From Candidatus Hadarchaeum sp. (GTDB taxonomy: Archaea; Hadarchaeota; Hadarchaeia; Hadarchaeales; Hadarchaeaceae): DNA of 64,000 bases. A model generated the notes under the pieces. That model was not told where the DNA came from and ran no database searches. It saw nothing but the letters and a program-made list of their open reading frames with translations. A program made the translations under genes and the position numbers. The stretch spans positions 622 through 64,621 of the forward strand of contig DYFS01000002.1 of the NCBI GenBank assembly GCA_020725055.1, in the 5' to 3' direction. Below, in pieces: positions 47,875 to 57,865 of this stretch (position 1 is the stretch's first letter; each line of letters starts with the position of its first letter).

Positions 47875-49068
47875 CTAGCCGATTTTATTCATGAACTCCT
47901 CGATCCTGTCCATCCCTTTCGCAATATTCTCCATCGAGGTAGCATACGAGAGCCTTAGGTGGTTGTCATCGCCGAAGACAGCCCCTGGAACCACAGCTAC
48001 TCTGGACTCTGTGAGGAGCAGCTCGGTCAACGAAATCGAGTCTTTGATCGTTTGCCCCCCATGCCTCTTACCCAAGATTTGCGACACGTCTGGAAAAGCG
48101 TAGAAAGCACCTTCCGGCATGAGGCAACTGATCCCCCGGATGGAATTCAGCCTCTCCACGATATAGTTTCTCCTCTCTGCAAACGCTCGAACCATCTCCC
48201 CCGCGCTCTCCTGCGGGCCTTCTAGGGCTTCCAAAGCGGCTTTTTGGCTGATCGATGTTGGATTCGAAGTGGAGTGATCTTGCAGGTTGGACATCACCTG
48301 GATTATCTCCCTCGGGCCCGCGGCGTAGCCAATCCGCCAACCGGTCATGGAATAGGATTTGGAGACGCCGTTCACCACGATGGTCAACCCCTTCATCTCT
48401 GGATTCAGGGAAGCGATGCTGACGTGCTCTCTGCCATCGTAGATGATTTTTTCATAAATTTCGTCGGAGATGCAGCAGATCCCGGCCTCCACCAAAATTT
48501 CGGCGAGGGGGCGCAGCTCTTCCTTGGTGTAAACCATCCCTGTTGGGTTTGAGGGGGAATTCAGGATGACGAGTTTTGTTCTCGGCGTGATTGAATCGCG
48601 CAGTTGTTCGGGCGTGATTTTGAAATTGTTTTGCTGGGTGGTTTTAATCACGACCAAGTTTGCCCCCGCGAGCTTGATCATCTCGGGGTAGCTGACCCAG
48701 TAGGGGGAAGGCAGAATCACCTCGTCACCCCCGTCACACAAGGCGAGGATTGCGTTGAAAATAGAATGTTTCGCCCCGCATGATACGAGGATCTCCTCTT
48801 GCATGTAGTCAAGGTCATTGTCCCTTTTGAGTTTTTTACAAATCGCCCTTTTTAACTCCGGGATGCCAGAGGTGGGAGTATATTTCGTGAAGCCGGCATC
48901 TACCGCTTTCTTCGCCGCTTCTTTGATGTTCGCCGGTGTATCAAAATCTGGCTCCCCCGCACCAAACCCGATGATGTCGATGCCCTTGGCCTGCATCTCC
49001 TTCGCCTTTGCCGTTATGCCCAAAGTCGGCGAGGGGGCGATTGAGCTCACCCTTTTCGAGAACCGCAT
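47875..49068 (-). CDS. Aspartate/aromatic aminotransferase (fold-type I, class I)
   Basis: NPTGMVY, GVSKSYSMTGWRIGYAAGP (PLP Lys) and FGAGEPDF motifs. 397 aa. Confidence 0.8.
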   Translation of the reverse strand: MRFSKRVSSIAPSPTLGITAKAKEMQAKGIDIIGFGAGEPDFDTPANIKEAAKKAVDAGFTKYTPTSGIPELKRAICKKLKRDNDLDYMQEEILVSCGAKHSIFNAILALCDGGDEVILPSPYWVSYPEMIKLAGANLVVIKTTQQNNFKITPEQLRDSITPRTKLVILNSPSNPTGMVYTKEELRPLAEILVEAGICCISDEIYEKIIYDGREHVSIASLNPEMKGLTIVVNGVSKSYSMTGWRIGYAAGPREIIQVMSNLQDHSTSNPTSISQKAALEALEGPQESAGEMVRAFAERRNYIVERLNSIRGISCLMPEGAFYAFPDVSQILGKRHGGQTIKDSISLTELLLTESRVAVVPGAVFGDDNHLRLSYATSMENIAKGMDRIEEFMNKIG

Positions 49069-49276
49069 GGAGTCACCTCACTGGAGCCTTTCCCCTGTTA
49101 GTTTTTCTAGTGCGCTTAAATACTCCTCGCCAATTTGTCAGGTTGGATGTAATCTCCGTATTTTTCCCTCGCCTCGATCAGCCGCCGCTTTTGCTCCTCT
49201 AACACTTCAAACGATATCTTTGGCGCACCTGGGGCCTGCGTTTTGTAGGTTTTTTTATCCTCTCGATTAAGTCCTT

Positions 49277-50449
49277 ATGGCCCCTCACCATCTAAAGCTT
49301 TTGGGACGAGTATTTCAATTATCAGTCGGTGACAGAATGGTTGAAACCCTCGTGCTAAAGGTAAACCCAAAACAACCAGAGCTAGAGAAGATTCGGGTTG
49401 CGGCACAAGTCGTTCGTAAGGGTGGGTTAGTCGTATTTCCAACCGAAACCGTGTATGGTCTCGGCGCCAACGCACTCGACGATGCGGCTGTTTTGAAGAT
49501 CTTTAAAGCGAAGGAAAGGCCCGCGGATAACCCTTTAATCGTGCACATAGCTGACGGGGACGATTTACACATCCTGGCTGAGCACGTTCCGAGCGAGGCA
49601 AAAAAACTCATCACCCAATTTTGGCCTGGTCCCCTAACGCTGCTTCTGAGAAAGTCAGAGCTTGTGCCGGATGCTACGACCGCTGGTTTGGCCACGGTGG
49701 CGATCAGGATGCCGAGCCACCCGATAGCCAGGGCGCTAATAGCTGAAGCAGACGTGCCAATAGCCGCGCCGAGCGCGAACCTTGCGGGTAGGCCAAGTCC
49801 GACGACCGCTAAGCACGTGCTAGATGACCTCTCAGGCAGGATAAATATCGTAATCGATGGCGGTGCAGTTGGTTTCGGCGTTGAATCGACTGTTCTTGAC
49901 CTAACTACTGAGGTGCCTACCGTTCTCCGGCCAGGCCCTGTGACGGTTGAGGAACTCGGCCAAGTTTTGGGCGAGGTCAAAGTCCACCCGGTTGCGAAGG
50001 CTGAGGCACCGGCAGAAGTCGTCGTAGCGCAGGCCCCTGGGATGAAATACAAACACTATGCACCGAGAGCCGAAGTGATTTTAGTTGAAGGGGCGCTGGA
50101 CGGCATGGTTTCAAAGATTCAAGAGCTAACAGTCAAGCACAAAAGCGCTGGTAAAAAGGTCGGCATCATGGCAACCGTAGAAACCGCACGCAAATATCGC
50201 GCCGACGTTGTGAAGGTAGTTGGGGTGCGTCGAAAACCTAAAACGATTGCTAAAAACTTGTTCAAAGCATTCAGGGAGTTTGATGAGATGGGAGTCGACA
50301 TCGTCCTAGCTGAAGGCTTGAAACCCAAGAGTATCGGACTCGCGATCATGAATAGACTGAGAAAGGCAGCAGGTTACAACATCGTCCGTGTACGTGGTTC
50401 AACGAAACGGCTAAGATCGAACGCAAAACGTGGGTTTTATAAAAGCTAA
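49277..50449 (+). CDS. sua5: Threonylcarbamoyl-AMP synthase Sua5 (YrdC domain plus Sua5 C-terminal domain)
   Basis: VVFPTETVYGLGANALDDAAVLKIFKAKERPADNPLIVHIAD. The start may be at 49337 (MVETLV). Confidence 0.8.
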   Translation: MAPHHLKLLGRVFQLSVGDRMVETLVLKVNPKQPELEKIRVAAQVVRKGGLVVFPTETVYGLGANALDDAAVLKIFKAKERPADNPLIVHIADGDDLHILAEHVPSEAKKLITQFWPGPLTLLLRKSELVPDATTAGLATVAIRMPSHPIARALIAEADVPIAAPSANLAGRPSPTTAKHVLDDLSGRINIVIDGGAVGFGVESTVLDLTTEVPTVLRPGPVTVEELGQVLGEVKVHPVAKAEAPAEVVVAQAPGMKYKHYAPRAEVILVEGALDGMVSKIQELTVKHKSAGKKVGIMATVETARKYRADVVKVVGVRRKPKTIAKNLFKAFREFDEMGVDIVLAEGLKPKSIGLAIMNRLRKAAGYNIVRVRGSTKRLRSNAKRGFYKS

Positions 50450-50487
50450 GGCCCAACCCATATCGGTTGATATCGCGAGGTTGAAAA

Positions 50488-50736
50488 ATGTTCTGGAAAA
50501 TACTGGGGGAATTGATGGCCAGCGGTTATTTGTCCCATCTCGAAAAGCTCGGCATTGTCAGGGCTCTCCGGTGGGATGCGGTGACTGGGCCTTCAGGCGT
50601 GCCCCTGCCCCTCAAAGCTGGCTATACGATGAATCACGCGGCCTTGCTGCTTTTCAGCGCGTTTGTTATCACCCTATTCATCTTGTACCGATTACGCTCG
50701 AGTGGTGCTAAATTCATGGTGCGAAAAACCAAGTGA
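50488..50736 (+). CDS. Possible small membrane protein. Uncertain because it overlaps the convergent small ORF at 50714-50905.
   Basis: 82 aa with a hydrophobic C-terminal helix. There is no motif support. Confidence 0.2.
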   Translation: MFWKILGELMASGYLSHLEKLGIVRALRWDAVTGPSGVPLPLKAGYTMNHAALLLFSAFVITLFILYRLRSSGAKFMVRKTK

Positions 50737-50905
50737 GCAAGAAAAACAACAACGTCAGAAGACCAGTGATGGCGTGAGCGACCCTGAGCGGTCGGTACCA
50801 TCCTTTGGGTTTCTTGAAAAATAACATGACGCCTGTTGCAGTAGCCATCAGTAGGAAAAACAGCGTTATCGTAGCAAACGTGATATGCAACTCGAGGTTG
50901 TACAT
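50714..50905 (-). CDS. Small two-TM membrane protein, start-stop adjacent to the upstream nitroreductase-like gene
   Basis: 63 aa with two clean hydrophobic helices. Its ATG abuts the stop of the upstream gene. Confidence 0.35.
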   Translation of the reverse strand: MYNLELHITFATITLFFLLMATATGVMLFFKKPKGWYRPLRVAHAITGLLTLLFFLLTWFFAP

Positions 50906-51631
50906 TTAACTCACCGGATGCCCGATCGGGATGATGTAGAGCGGCTTCTGATCTGTGGGTAACTGCAGGAGCTCTTGAACCTGATCGTCGTCGAAAGCTC
51001 CAACCACCACCATGCCAAGCCCCCTGGCCTCGGCTTGCAGGTACAGGTTCTGCCCGACGTGCCCAACCTCCATATGCACGTAGCGGATACCGCGGTCGCC
51101 ATACCTGCGCGTTGTGCGCTCGTAGACCGCCGCGATGACGATGTTAACCGGGGCTTCTCTCACACAGCTCTGCCCCAGCGCAGCATCCGCCAACCTCGAG
51201 CGCAGGTCGCCTCTCAGGACATTCTCCAGTTGGTGTTCGGAAGGATCATAGCGGTAAACGCCTTCCGCTATCCCTGTTACACCGTTGCTGCCGACGACGA
51301 TGTAGACCTCAAGCGGATAAGTAGCACCTGCAGATGGGGCTGCCCTGAACTTTCGGGCGGGATCTGTAATCCCTTGGGCCGCCCACACCAGTTGCGAGAT
51401 GTCCTGCAAACTCAAGGGCGCGTCTGTATAGCTCCTTATCGATCGCCTCCGCAGAATCGCCTCTTCGACCGACATCGGGCCAGTGGTCTCTGGGCTGGGG
51501 AGCTTCACGGTGCCAAAAGCCTTTGGGAACACATCTCCATTAGGTCTGAGCCAAACCAGGTAAACCGCGGCGAGCCCAACCAATATTGCTGTAGCCACGA
51601 TTACTGCGGTAGTCCTTTTCTTCTTGAACAT
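50906..51631 (-). CDS. Membrane-anchored nitroreductase-family (SagB-type dehydrogenase-like) protein
   Basis: N-terminal TM, then RRRSIRSYTD...QNLYLQAEARGLGMVVVGAFDD, a nitroreductase fold pattern. Confidence 0.55.
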   Translation of the reverse strand: MFKKKRTTAVIVATAILVGLAAVYLVWLRPNGDVFPKAFGTVKLPSPETTGPMSVEEAILRRRSIRSYTDAPLSLQDISQLVWAAQGITDPARKFRAAPSAGATYPLEVYIVVGSNGVTGIAEGVYRYDPSEHQLENVLRGDLRSRLADAALGQSCVREAPVNIVIAAVYERTTRRYGDRGIRYVHMEVGHVGQNLYLQAEARGLGMVVVGAFDDDQVQELLQLPTDQKPLYIIPIGHPVS

Positions 51632-51641
51632 CCGTTTACCT

Positions 51642-53033
51642 TTATGCCTTGGGTTTGAAGTAACCCCAGTGGTCTAAAACCCTTTTGAGTTCCTTATGTG
51701 TTTCGGCATATTCCTCAAGCGAAATCCTCTTCATAACCGCATCCACTGCCTGTCTCGCCGCTATCGTGCCTGCTCTACTGCCATCAGGATGTCCGTGTAT
51801 GCCACCGCCAAACTGTATGCCCACATCATTACCAAATTTTTCAACAATTTCTGGAACGAGTCCTGGGTGTAGGCCGCCAGAAGAAATAGCAAGAACTGGT
51901 TTCATGCCACACCAATTCTGCTCAAAAACTCTCTGTTCAGCATTTGGAAATTCTTTGAATTTCGGTACGAAAGCCGTTTTGACCCCTTTCGTTACTTTAG
52001 CTTCAAGCATCGCCTGACTAGCTTTAACTTCTGCTAATTCACCATGCATCTTACCAACGACTGTCCCAATATGGAATTGATCACCGCCGGCCAATCTCAC
52101 AAGTTTCGCAAGAACATTCATAGAGATCCCATGGAATCTATTTCGTGTGAAAGAAGCGTGCATGCATCTGTGCACATGAATAGGGACTTTTATCGCTCCC
52201 CTCAGTTCTTTTAGACCAGGGAATCCGCAGGTAATAACGTCCATCATTACGGCATTGGCACCCATCTCGGTTAATTCCTCAGCCCTTTCTATCATTTTTG
52301 CATTGTCATGCGTGACATTTACCGTGTAAAGCACTGTTTTGCCTGTCTCGCTTTTTGCCTTATCAAGTGCTTCCATCATTTTGCTTAATCTCCGCTCAAT
52401 TGGACATATTTTCCTTTGATCGGCAAGCGTCTCATCATCCTTTATGTGATCTATACCTCCCATAGCAACTTCGTAACCAACTTTCGCCGTAATTTTTGGC
52501 GTCAAACCCACTTTCGGCTTTATTATAGTTCCAACATGGGGTCTTCTGTATTTTGTAGTGCCGACAATCTTTCTGATGCCTTCAAGACCAAACCTTGGTC
52601 CTTTGAAACCCCTCACATATTTTTTAGGAAGCCTGATGTCGAGGAGTCTGCAGTTTTTGATTGCTTTTAAACCAAAAAGATTTCCAGCAACGACTGATAG
52701 CAATTGGGGGATATTTCCTGGTTCAAATAACTCAATAGGGAAGGCCACCATCGCATAATTTCCTTTTACATCAATAACCCTGCCAGCAAATCTCCATGCC
52801 CGTTTTGTCTCCGTCAACACATGGGTCCATGTTCCTATGCTGCTTTCAGCCGCTATCGCCGCGGCCACATTCGTTGGCGTATATCCCTCAGAGCCTTCAA
52901 CATAGTAGTAGCACACGAGCCAGTCTTCGAGGCCTATCCTCTCCCCCAATGCAAGAAATTCATTAAACTTTCTTTCTAGCTCATATGTTTCTTCTTCGTA
53001 TTCGCCAACTTGTACGACTTTTTCTTTCGGCAC
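51642..53033 (-). CDS. rbcL: Ribulose-1,5-bisphosphate carboxylase/oxygenase large subunit, archaeal type III-like
   Basis: IIKPKVGLTPK (carbamylated Lys region), GGIDHIKDDE and VGKMHGE motifs. 463 aa. No small-subunit or PRK gene is nearby. Confidence 0.8.
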   Translation of the reverse strand: MPKEKVVQVGEYEEETYELERKFNEFLALGERIGLEDWLVCYYYVEGSEGYTPTNVAAAIAAESSIGTWTHVLTETKRAWRFAGRVIDVKGNYAMVAFPIELFEPGNIPQLLSVVAGNLFGLKAIKNCRLLDIRLPKKYVRGFKGPRFGLEGIRKIVGTTKYRRPHVGTIIKPKVGLTPKITAKVGYEVAMGGIDHIKDDETLADQRKICPIERRLSKMMEALDKAKSETGKTVLYTVNVTHDNAKMIERAEELTEMGANAVMMDVITCGFPGLKELRGAIKVPIHVHRCMHASFTRNRFHGISMNVLAKLVRLAGGDQFHIGTVVGKMHGELAEVKASQAMLEAKVTKGVKTAFVPKFKEFPNAEQRVFEQNWCGMKPVLAISSGGLHPGLVPEIVEKFGNDVGIQFGGGIHGHPDGSRAGTIAARQAVDAVMKRISLEEYAETHKELKRVLDHWGYFKPKA

Positions 53034-53049
53034 TTTCGCACCTCACCCA

Positions 53050-53802
53050 TCAGACTAATTTAGGGGGATATATGCATGCACGTTCCCGCCCCCACTTCAA
53101 TTTTAGCGCTTGCGCCATCTCCATCATAACCTTAAACGGAACACGCGCTTTCACGATCGCGCTTCCGGCACCAACTCCCACCACCCCGAGGTCTAAAGCC
53201 GCTTCTACGTCTTTCCCGCTTGTGATGCCCGCACCACATACCACGTAAACCTTTGGGTTGACACGTTCGACCGCTTCGAGAGTTTTTGTGATGATCTCGG
53301 GTTTTGCTTTGGACACGGCACGTCCCGTCCCGATCAACTCTGGGTGTTCGATCAATATCATGTCTGGATTGAATCCTGCGACCGTCGCGCTTAACTCGGG
53401 ACTATCTGTACAAACGCACGAGATCAGACCGACTTCTCTGGCCCTTTTCACAGCTTTTTCGATATCATCCAATTGAAGTTTCTTCTCGGAGTGGTTGATC
53501 AGGGTTCCGGCTGCCCCCGCCTCCTTTACCGCCTCTGGGAGAACGTGTCCCGTAAAGCTTCCGGGTTTTATGGGGTCTATATGCTGCGCAAATACTTGTA
53601 CGTTGACTTGGCGGACAATCGCTGCGATATCAGTGTACTGGGGAATCGAAACTATGCTGATGCCTGTTTTTTTAGCGATTTTCTTGGCGATCTTTGCAAG
53701 TTGGAGTGCGTTTTTTCCAGTAGCTTCGGTGTATGTTTTGAACCCGACTAGAAGAAGTGGAAGACGTATTTTTTGCGCCACCATAGTTCCCACATCACCC
53801 AA
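53050..53802 (-). CDS. tpiA: Triosephosphate isomerase, archaeal short type
   Basis: LLVGFKTYTEATG...INHSEKK...IEHPELIGTG...VVCGAGI. The likely start is MVAQKIR. Confidence 0.8.
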   Translation of the reverse strand: MGDVGTMVAQKIRLPLLLVGFKTYTEATGKNALQLAKIAKKIAKKTGISIVSIPQYTDIAAIVRQVNVQVFAQHIDPIKPGSFTGHVLPEAVKEAGAAGTLINHSEKKLQLDDIEKAVKRAREVGLISCVCTDSPELSATVAGFNPDMILIEHPELIGTGRAVSKAKPEIITKTLEAVERVNPKVYVVCGAGITSGKDVEAALDLGVVGVGAGSAIVKARVPFKVMMEMAQALKLKWGRERACIYPPKLV

Positions 53803-53814
53803 AATAAGTGTGAT

Positions 53815-54798
53815 TCATGTCTTCGCTGAGATCAATTCAACTATCGCTCGATGCGTTTCGATCGGTGGTTTGACGGTATTGACGAGGTATACATCGGTCT
53901 GGTCCATGAGCCCATTGAAGAACCCCTTCCTGAGCTCCATCTTGCGCTTGTCTCTGACCAACTGGTGCGGGTTGCAGAAATCGTTCGCCAAGAGGTAATC
54001 CAGTCCTTCGTCCGAGTCGATTTTCCTCGCCAAGCTCACATCGTGTTCATCCCTCTTCAAAAGGATCACCTTCCTGAGCGTGGTCATCGGAATGACCCCA
54101 CCGCTGCCGACGATCCATCTGACGTTGACGATCGCCCGCCCTCTCTGGTCGAAGCGCGCTTTCTCGACCAGCTCCTCGTATTCCCCCCAGATTTTTCCTA
54201 TGTCGGCTTCAACGTAGGAGTTCTTTTCCGAGCCGAATGCCAGCGCTCCGCGCTCGAACATCCGAACGAAGAACCAGTCGTCCGCCACCAGCCTTGCCCC
54301 CTTGAGCCTGAGCAGGCCGAAGGAGTGCGTAGTCTTCCCCGTGCCGGCCGGAGCGATTATCGACACGCCGATTCCTTCGACATCGATCGCCGCGCCGTGG
54401 ACGTGATATATCCCATGCTCATCCTCGAGGATGTCTCCCGCCATAGCGAGCGCGATGCTTTTTATCCAGCCGTAGTAGTCGGTGCCCGTCAAAAAGGCGG
54501 TGTTCGTGTATGGGTCGTACTTCACCCTGGGTCTGTCTCCCTCCTTGAGCACGATGAGGCGGCCGTGGGAGCGGATGTTCTCGTCCATGGTGAAAAAATT
54601 GTCTTCCCAGCGATCCTTCACCTCCTCGATTTCGGTGAGCAGCTTTATGCAGCAGCCGTAGATGTTCGCCTTCCTCGTGTAGAGGTAGCGATCAGAGTAG
54701 CAATCGAAGAGTTCGGCCTTCTCCTCAGGCGTGATGACCTCGACCTCGTATTTCAAACACTCACCTTTGTCCCAAGTTTGGTATCGATTAAATAACAT
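53815..54798 (-). CDS. HprK-related (PEPCK-fold) P-loop kinase-like protein, function unknown
   Basis: A mid-protein Walker A (VSIIAPAGTGKTTHSFGLL) is followed by about 175 aa, as in the HprK C-terminal domain. The listed start overlaps the carbonic anhydrase gene by 46 nt. Confidence 0.35.
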   Translation of the reverse strand: MLFNRYQTWDKGECLKYEVEVITPEEKAELFDCYSDRYLYTRKANIYGCCIKLLTEIEEVKDRWEDNFFTMDENIRSHGRLIVLKEGDRPRVKYDPYTNTAFLTGTDYYGWIKSIALAMAGDILEDEHGIYHVHGAAIDVEGIGVSIIAPAGTGKTTHSFGLLRLKGARLVADDWFFVRMFERGALAFGSEKNSYVEADIGKIWGEYEELVEKARFDQRGRAIVNVRWIVGSGGVIPMTTLRKVILLKRDEHDVSLARKIDSDEGLDYLLANDFCNPHQLVRDKRKMELRKGFFNGLMDQTDVYLVNTVKPPIETHRAIVELISAKT

Positions 54799-55118
54799 TT
54801 AACTTTCATTTGGGGAAACGTTTCGGAGAGAAACTTTTTGACGTGTTTGAGGTCGGAGAGGTAGTGAGTTTGTTCATCCTGACCGAGCTGTTTGTAAAAT
54901 CCGCAATCGGTGTGGTTGGTGAGGATAATTTTGTTTGCGCCGAATCCCTTTGCGAGAATGTTGATTTGCTCAACAAGGTTGGATAATTCATCCCGCACTA
55001 AAAAATATTTGATGCTGCCAGTATTGGCGATGACTGAGTATTCTTTTTCCACGTCCAGGAGCTCGTCAACCGCTTTGTTGATTCTGGGGTCTGAGCAGCG
55101 GATCAATATTGTTATCAT
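54753..55118 (-). CDS. Minimal beta-class carbonic anhydrase (Cab-type), 122 aa
   Basis: LIRCSDPRI (CxDxR), VIANTGSI and ILTNHTDCGF (HxxC) align in order with the Cab-type zinc ligands. GGAGG lies 7 nt upstream of the ATG at 55118. The gene is AT-rich. Confidence 0.55.
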   Translation of the reverse strand: MITILIRCSDPRINKAVDELLDVEKEYSVIANTGSIKYFLVRDELSNLVEQINILAKGFGANKIILTNHTDCGFYKQLGQDEQTHYLSDLKHVKKFLSETFPQMKVKCYLIDTKLGTKVSV

Positions 55119-56155
55119 CCACTTGCCTCCACCGCTGCTGAAGCAGGTTGAGGAACTTCGCGCGCCCGCCTCCTTCTGACCAAGACGTACGCGACACACA
55201 CCATTACCGCCGCCATCGCAATACCAACGTAAAACAAGGGAATAGGTTCTTCGGCAAACAGATTTCTACCCTCGGCATTCGCTGGAGCTCGGAGCCCAAA
55301 CAGCGCGGTTACTGTAGGCGCTACGTCGATTATTTTGCCGCCCTCAAATTTGCCTACTCGAACCCCTGGGCCTGAAAAAATCAGCAGGATGCTCATGTCG
55401 CCAGGATCTTGAGAGCCATGGTCGGTTCCGGTCATACCATGGTCGGAGACGATGACGAGCAGCGTGTTCTCATAAATACCCAACCCCTTCAAGTTGTCAA
55501 CGAGCATCCCGATTGCTTGATCCGCCCTCTCGATGGCTTGCAAGTAATTGTGGCTGGTGTGCGAGTAGATGTGGCCAGTAACATCGACTACTGGTAGCAA
55601 GATAAACATCAATGTGGGTTGATTCTCTACAAAGATCTGAATCGCATTCTCCATCACGCGGATGTCGCCATTCGGGTCCTCGTACCCGGGCTGATATACT
55701 GCCCCATTTCTCCACCGGTAGTCAACGTTGTTTTTCACGTAACTCACGCCCACTTCCAATCCAGCTATCCTGCCCCCCTTGCCATCCACGAGAGCTGTTT
55801 TGTAGCCGGCTCCCTCGAAGACTTGAAATATCGTCTCGGTCTCCAACCTACTGCCAGGGCCTGTATACCGATGTACACCCGGCAAAGCCCCCGTGAACAA
55901 CGACGCGTGAGCCTGGGGAGTTTTGGACGGGTAAACCGTTTGCGCGCTCCAGCTGTATGCCGCGTCTTGTACTATCTCATCGATGTTCGGAGTACTGGCC
56001 TCAAGTAGGCTATCGGGCCTGCAGCCATCGATTGTGACGATGATCACATAAATGGGTCGCTCTGGTCGTGCTGTGGCACCAACAGCAACCGCTGGGACAA
56101 ATAACACGAAGAGAGCGATGAAAATACCTGAAATTATCAGAACTTTACGCATCAC
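55115..56155 (-). CDS. Alkaline-phosphatase-superfamily ectoenzyme (type I phosphodiesterase/nucleotide pyrophosphatase-like) with an N-terminal signal and a C-terminal TM anchor
   Basis: IVTIDGCRPD and VSDHGM metal-site motifs. Hydrophobic segments at both termini. Confidence 0.55.
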   Translation of the reverse strand: MMRKVLIISGIFIALFVLFVPAVAVGATARPERPIYVIIVTIDGCRPDSLLEASTPNIDEIVQDAAYSWSAQTVYPSKTPQAHASLFTGALPGVHRYTGPGSRLETETIFQVFEGAGYKTALVDGKGGRIAGLEVGVSYVKNNVDYRWRNGAVYQPGYEDPNGDIRVMENAIQIFVENQPTLMFILLPVVDVTGHIYSHTSHNYLQAIERADQAIGMLVDNLKGLGIYENTLLVIVSDHGMTGTDHGSQDPGDMSILLIFSGPGVRVGKFEGGKIIDVAPTVTALFGLRAPANAEGRNLFAEEPIPLFYVGIAMAAVMVCVAYVLVRRRRAREVPQPASAAVEASG

Positions 56156-56173
56156 ACCATGCTCCCCTGGCCC

Positions 56174-57820
56174 TTAACCGAGCGAACCCCGCATCTTGCC
56201 GAGCTTCGAAAGCAGGTCACGTGCGAGGGGGTCGAGCTTCGCGAGCTCCATCGCTGGCAACGTTTCAGCCTTGCCGCGCATTATGCTCAGGTAGGGTTCG
56301 ACGATGCTCACCATGGAGCCATAGCTCGGATCTGGTTCGAATTCTAGGCCGAGGAGCTCGCGGATTAAATCGATGTCCTCGGTCACGTCGCGGATGACCT
56401 CTTGAGGTAAGAAGTGCCCAGCTTTCTTCAGATCGAGAAAACGCCCGGCGAACTCTAGGTCGGCAGGCAAGCTCGGATAGTACTCCTTCAGCAATACTTC
56501 AAACACGTCCTTGTTTTTCTGACTCAATTCCAGCAAACCGCGCCCCGTGCCCACGAACTCAGGCGGCAGACACGCTGTGTAAAGCGAGCCGGTATAGCCA
56601 ATTGCACGTGGCAGCTCAAGGTCTTCTCCCTTTAGCTCGACCAGCTGCTTTGCGAGGTCTGTTTCTCCAGCCAGTGGTTTACACAGCTCGGCTAACTCAC
56701 GGGTCTGCGGTCCCCAGCGGGCGTAGCCAGCTTTGCCCGCGCGAACGAGTCTATCCCTTTGCTGGGGCAGGATATCCGAGATCTGTTTCACCGCAGGGGC
56801 AACGCGCATTAGGGTTGAGATGTAGTGCTTTGCGAACACGCCACATATGTAAAATACGTGCTGCCGTTGTTCCCCGGTGTAAGACAAGGGGCGCCCCTTC
56901 GGCAACTCTTGACGTAGGATTTTCACCAATTGTCTCGCTTTTTCTAGCTCATGGTCGTAACGGATGCCGGATTGAACTGTTATCGTGCGGACGCCGCAAT
57001 ACTCACGCAACACATTCTGGATGTTTTCAACCGTTACGTGTCCTCGGAACGGTAGCGCGCCGCCGCCGAATATAGGCGCCACGGGTACCCCCTCCTCCGC
57101 CCCGAATACGTAGGCATCCGCTATCGCAAGCTTGCACGCCATAACGGAGGCGATCTGACCGTACATTAGGGCTGAGTCCGACTTGCCGACGAAGACGCGT
57201 AGGTAGGGTATCTGCACACCAAGTTCGCTTCTGCACCCATGAGTATACTCAGCGAGCATTTTGCGGATGGATAGCTGTTGTGGCACCTCCTCGACCAAAG
57301 GGATTAACTCGATCGCTTGGCGGGTGGCCTCGCCGCCTGCAGCCCTCGCTAACCCTTCCATGGCAATTATCCGCTGACGGACCTCAACCAGCTCTGCGCC
57401 CGTCATCGTCATCGGATGTACCACCTCTATGACGCTCGCGCCAATGTGACGGGTGCGGTAGTTCGCTTCGACGGCAGCGAGTATCGACGCATACTGCCTA
57501 AAAATAGTTTCTTTCTCGGCGCTGGGCACCCGGGGCGTGATGAACACGTCGCGTCCGGGGACCAGCTTGAGTTCGTCGAGCAATTTGGTCGCGATATTCG
57601 CCACTTGGTGGTAGGGTGTCATTTTGCCCTCGTAGTCGACCATATACTCATCGCAGCCCAATCCAGCATCCTGCGGGGCCAGGCACTGTAGCGCTTCGAT
57701 TTCCTCGTCCTGCACAGGCACGTATCGCGACGCCGAGTCTGGGTGCTGTGTGGCCATGGCGCACGGGACGCGGGCACCGCGGCGTTCAACGAGTTTGCCC
57801 ATTTCTCCCACGCTTATCAC
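56174..57820 (-). CDS. ppcA: Phosphoenolpyruvate carboxylase, archaeal type
   Basis: 548 aa. N-terminal CAMATQHPDS plus overall size matches archaeal-type PEPC. Confidence 0.7.
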   Translation of the reverse strand: MISVGEMGKLVERRGARVPCAMATQHPDSASRYVPVQDEEIEALQCLAPQDAGLGCDEYMVDYEGKMTPYHQVANIATKLLDELKLVPGRDVFITPRVPSAEKETIFRQYASILAAVEANYRTRHIGASVIEVVHPMTMTGAELVEVRQRIIAMEGLARAAGGEATRQAIELIPLVEEVPQQLSIRKMLAEYTHGCRSELGVQIPYLRVFVGKSDSALMYGQIASVMACKLAIADAYVFGAEEGVPVAPIFGGGALPFRGHVTVENIQNVLREYCGVRTITVQSGIRYDHELEKARQLVKILRQELPKGRPLSYTGEQRQHVFYICGVFAKHYISTLMRVAPAVKQISDILPQQRDRLVRAGKAGYARWGPQTRELAELCKPLAGETDLAKQLVELKGEDLELPRAIGYTGSLYTACLPPEFVGTGRGLLELSQKNKDVFEVLLKEYYPSLPADLEFAGRFLDLKKAGHFLPQEVIRDVTEDIDLIRELLGLEFEPDPSYGSMVSIVEPYLSIMRGKAETLPAMELAKLDPLARDLLSKLGKMRGSLG

Positions 57821-57865
57821 CCCAATTACTAAAACGTTAAGCTTTTAAGCATTTTCGTTAACAAA

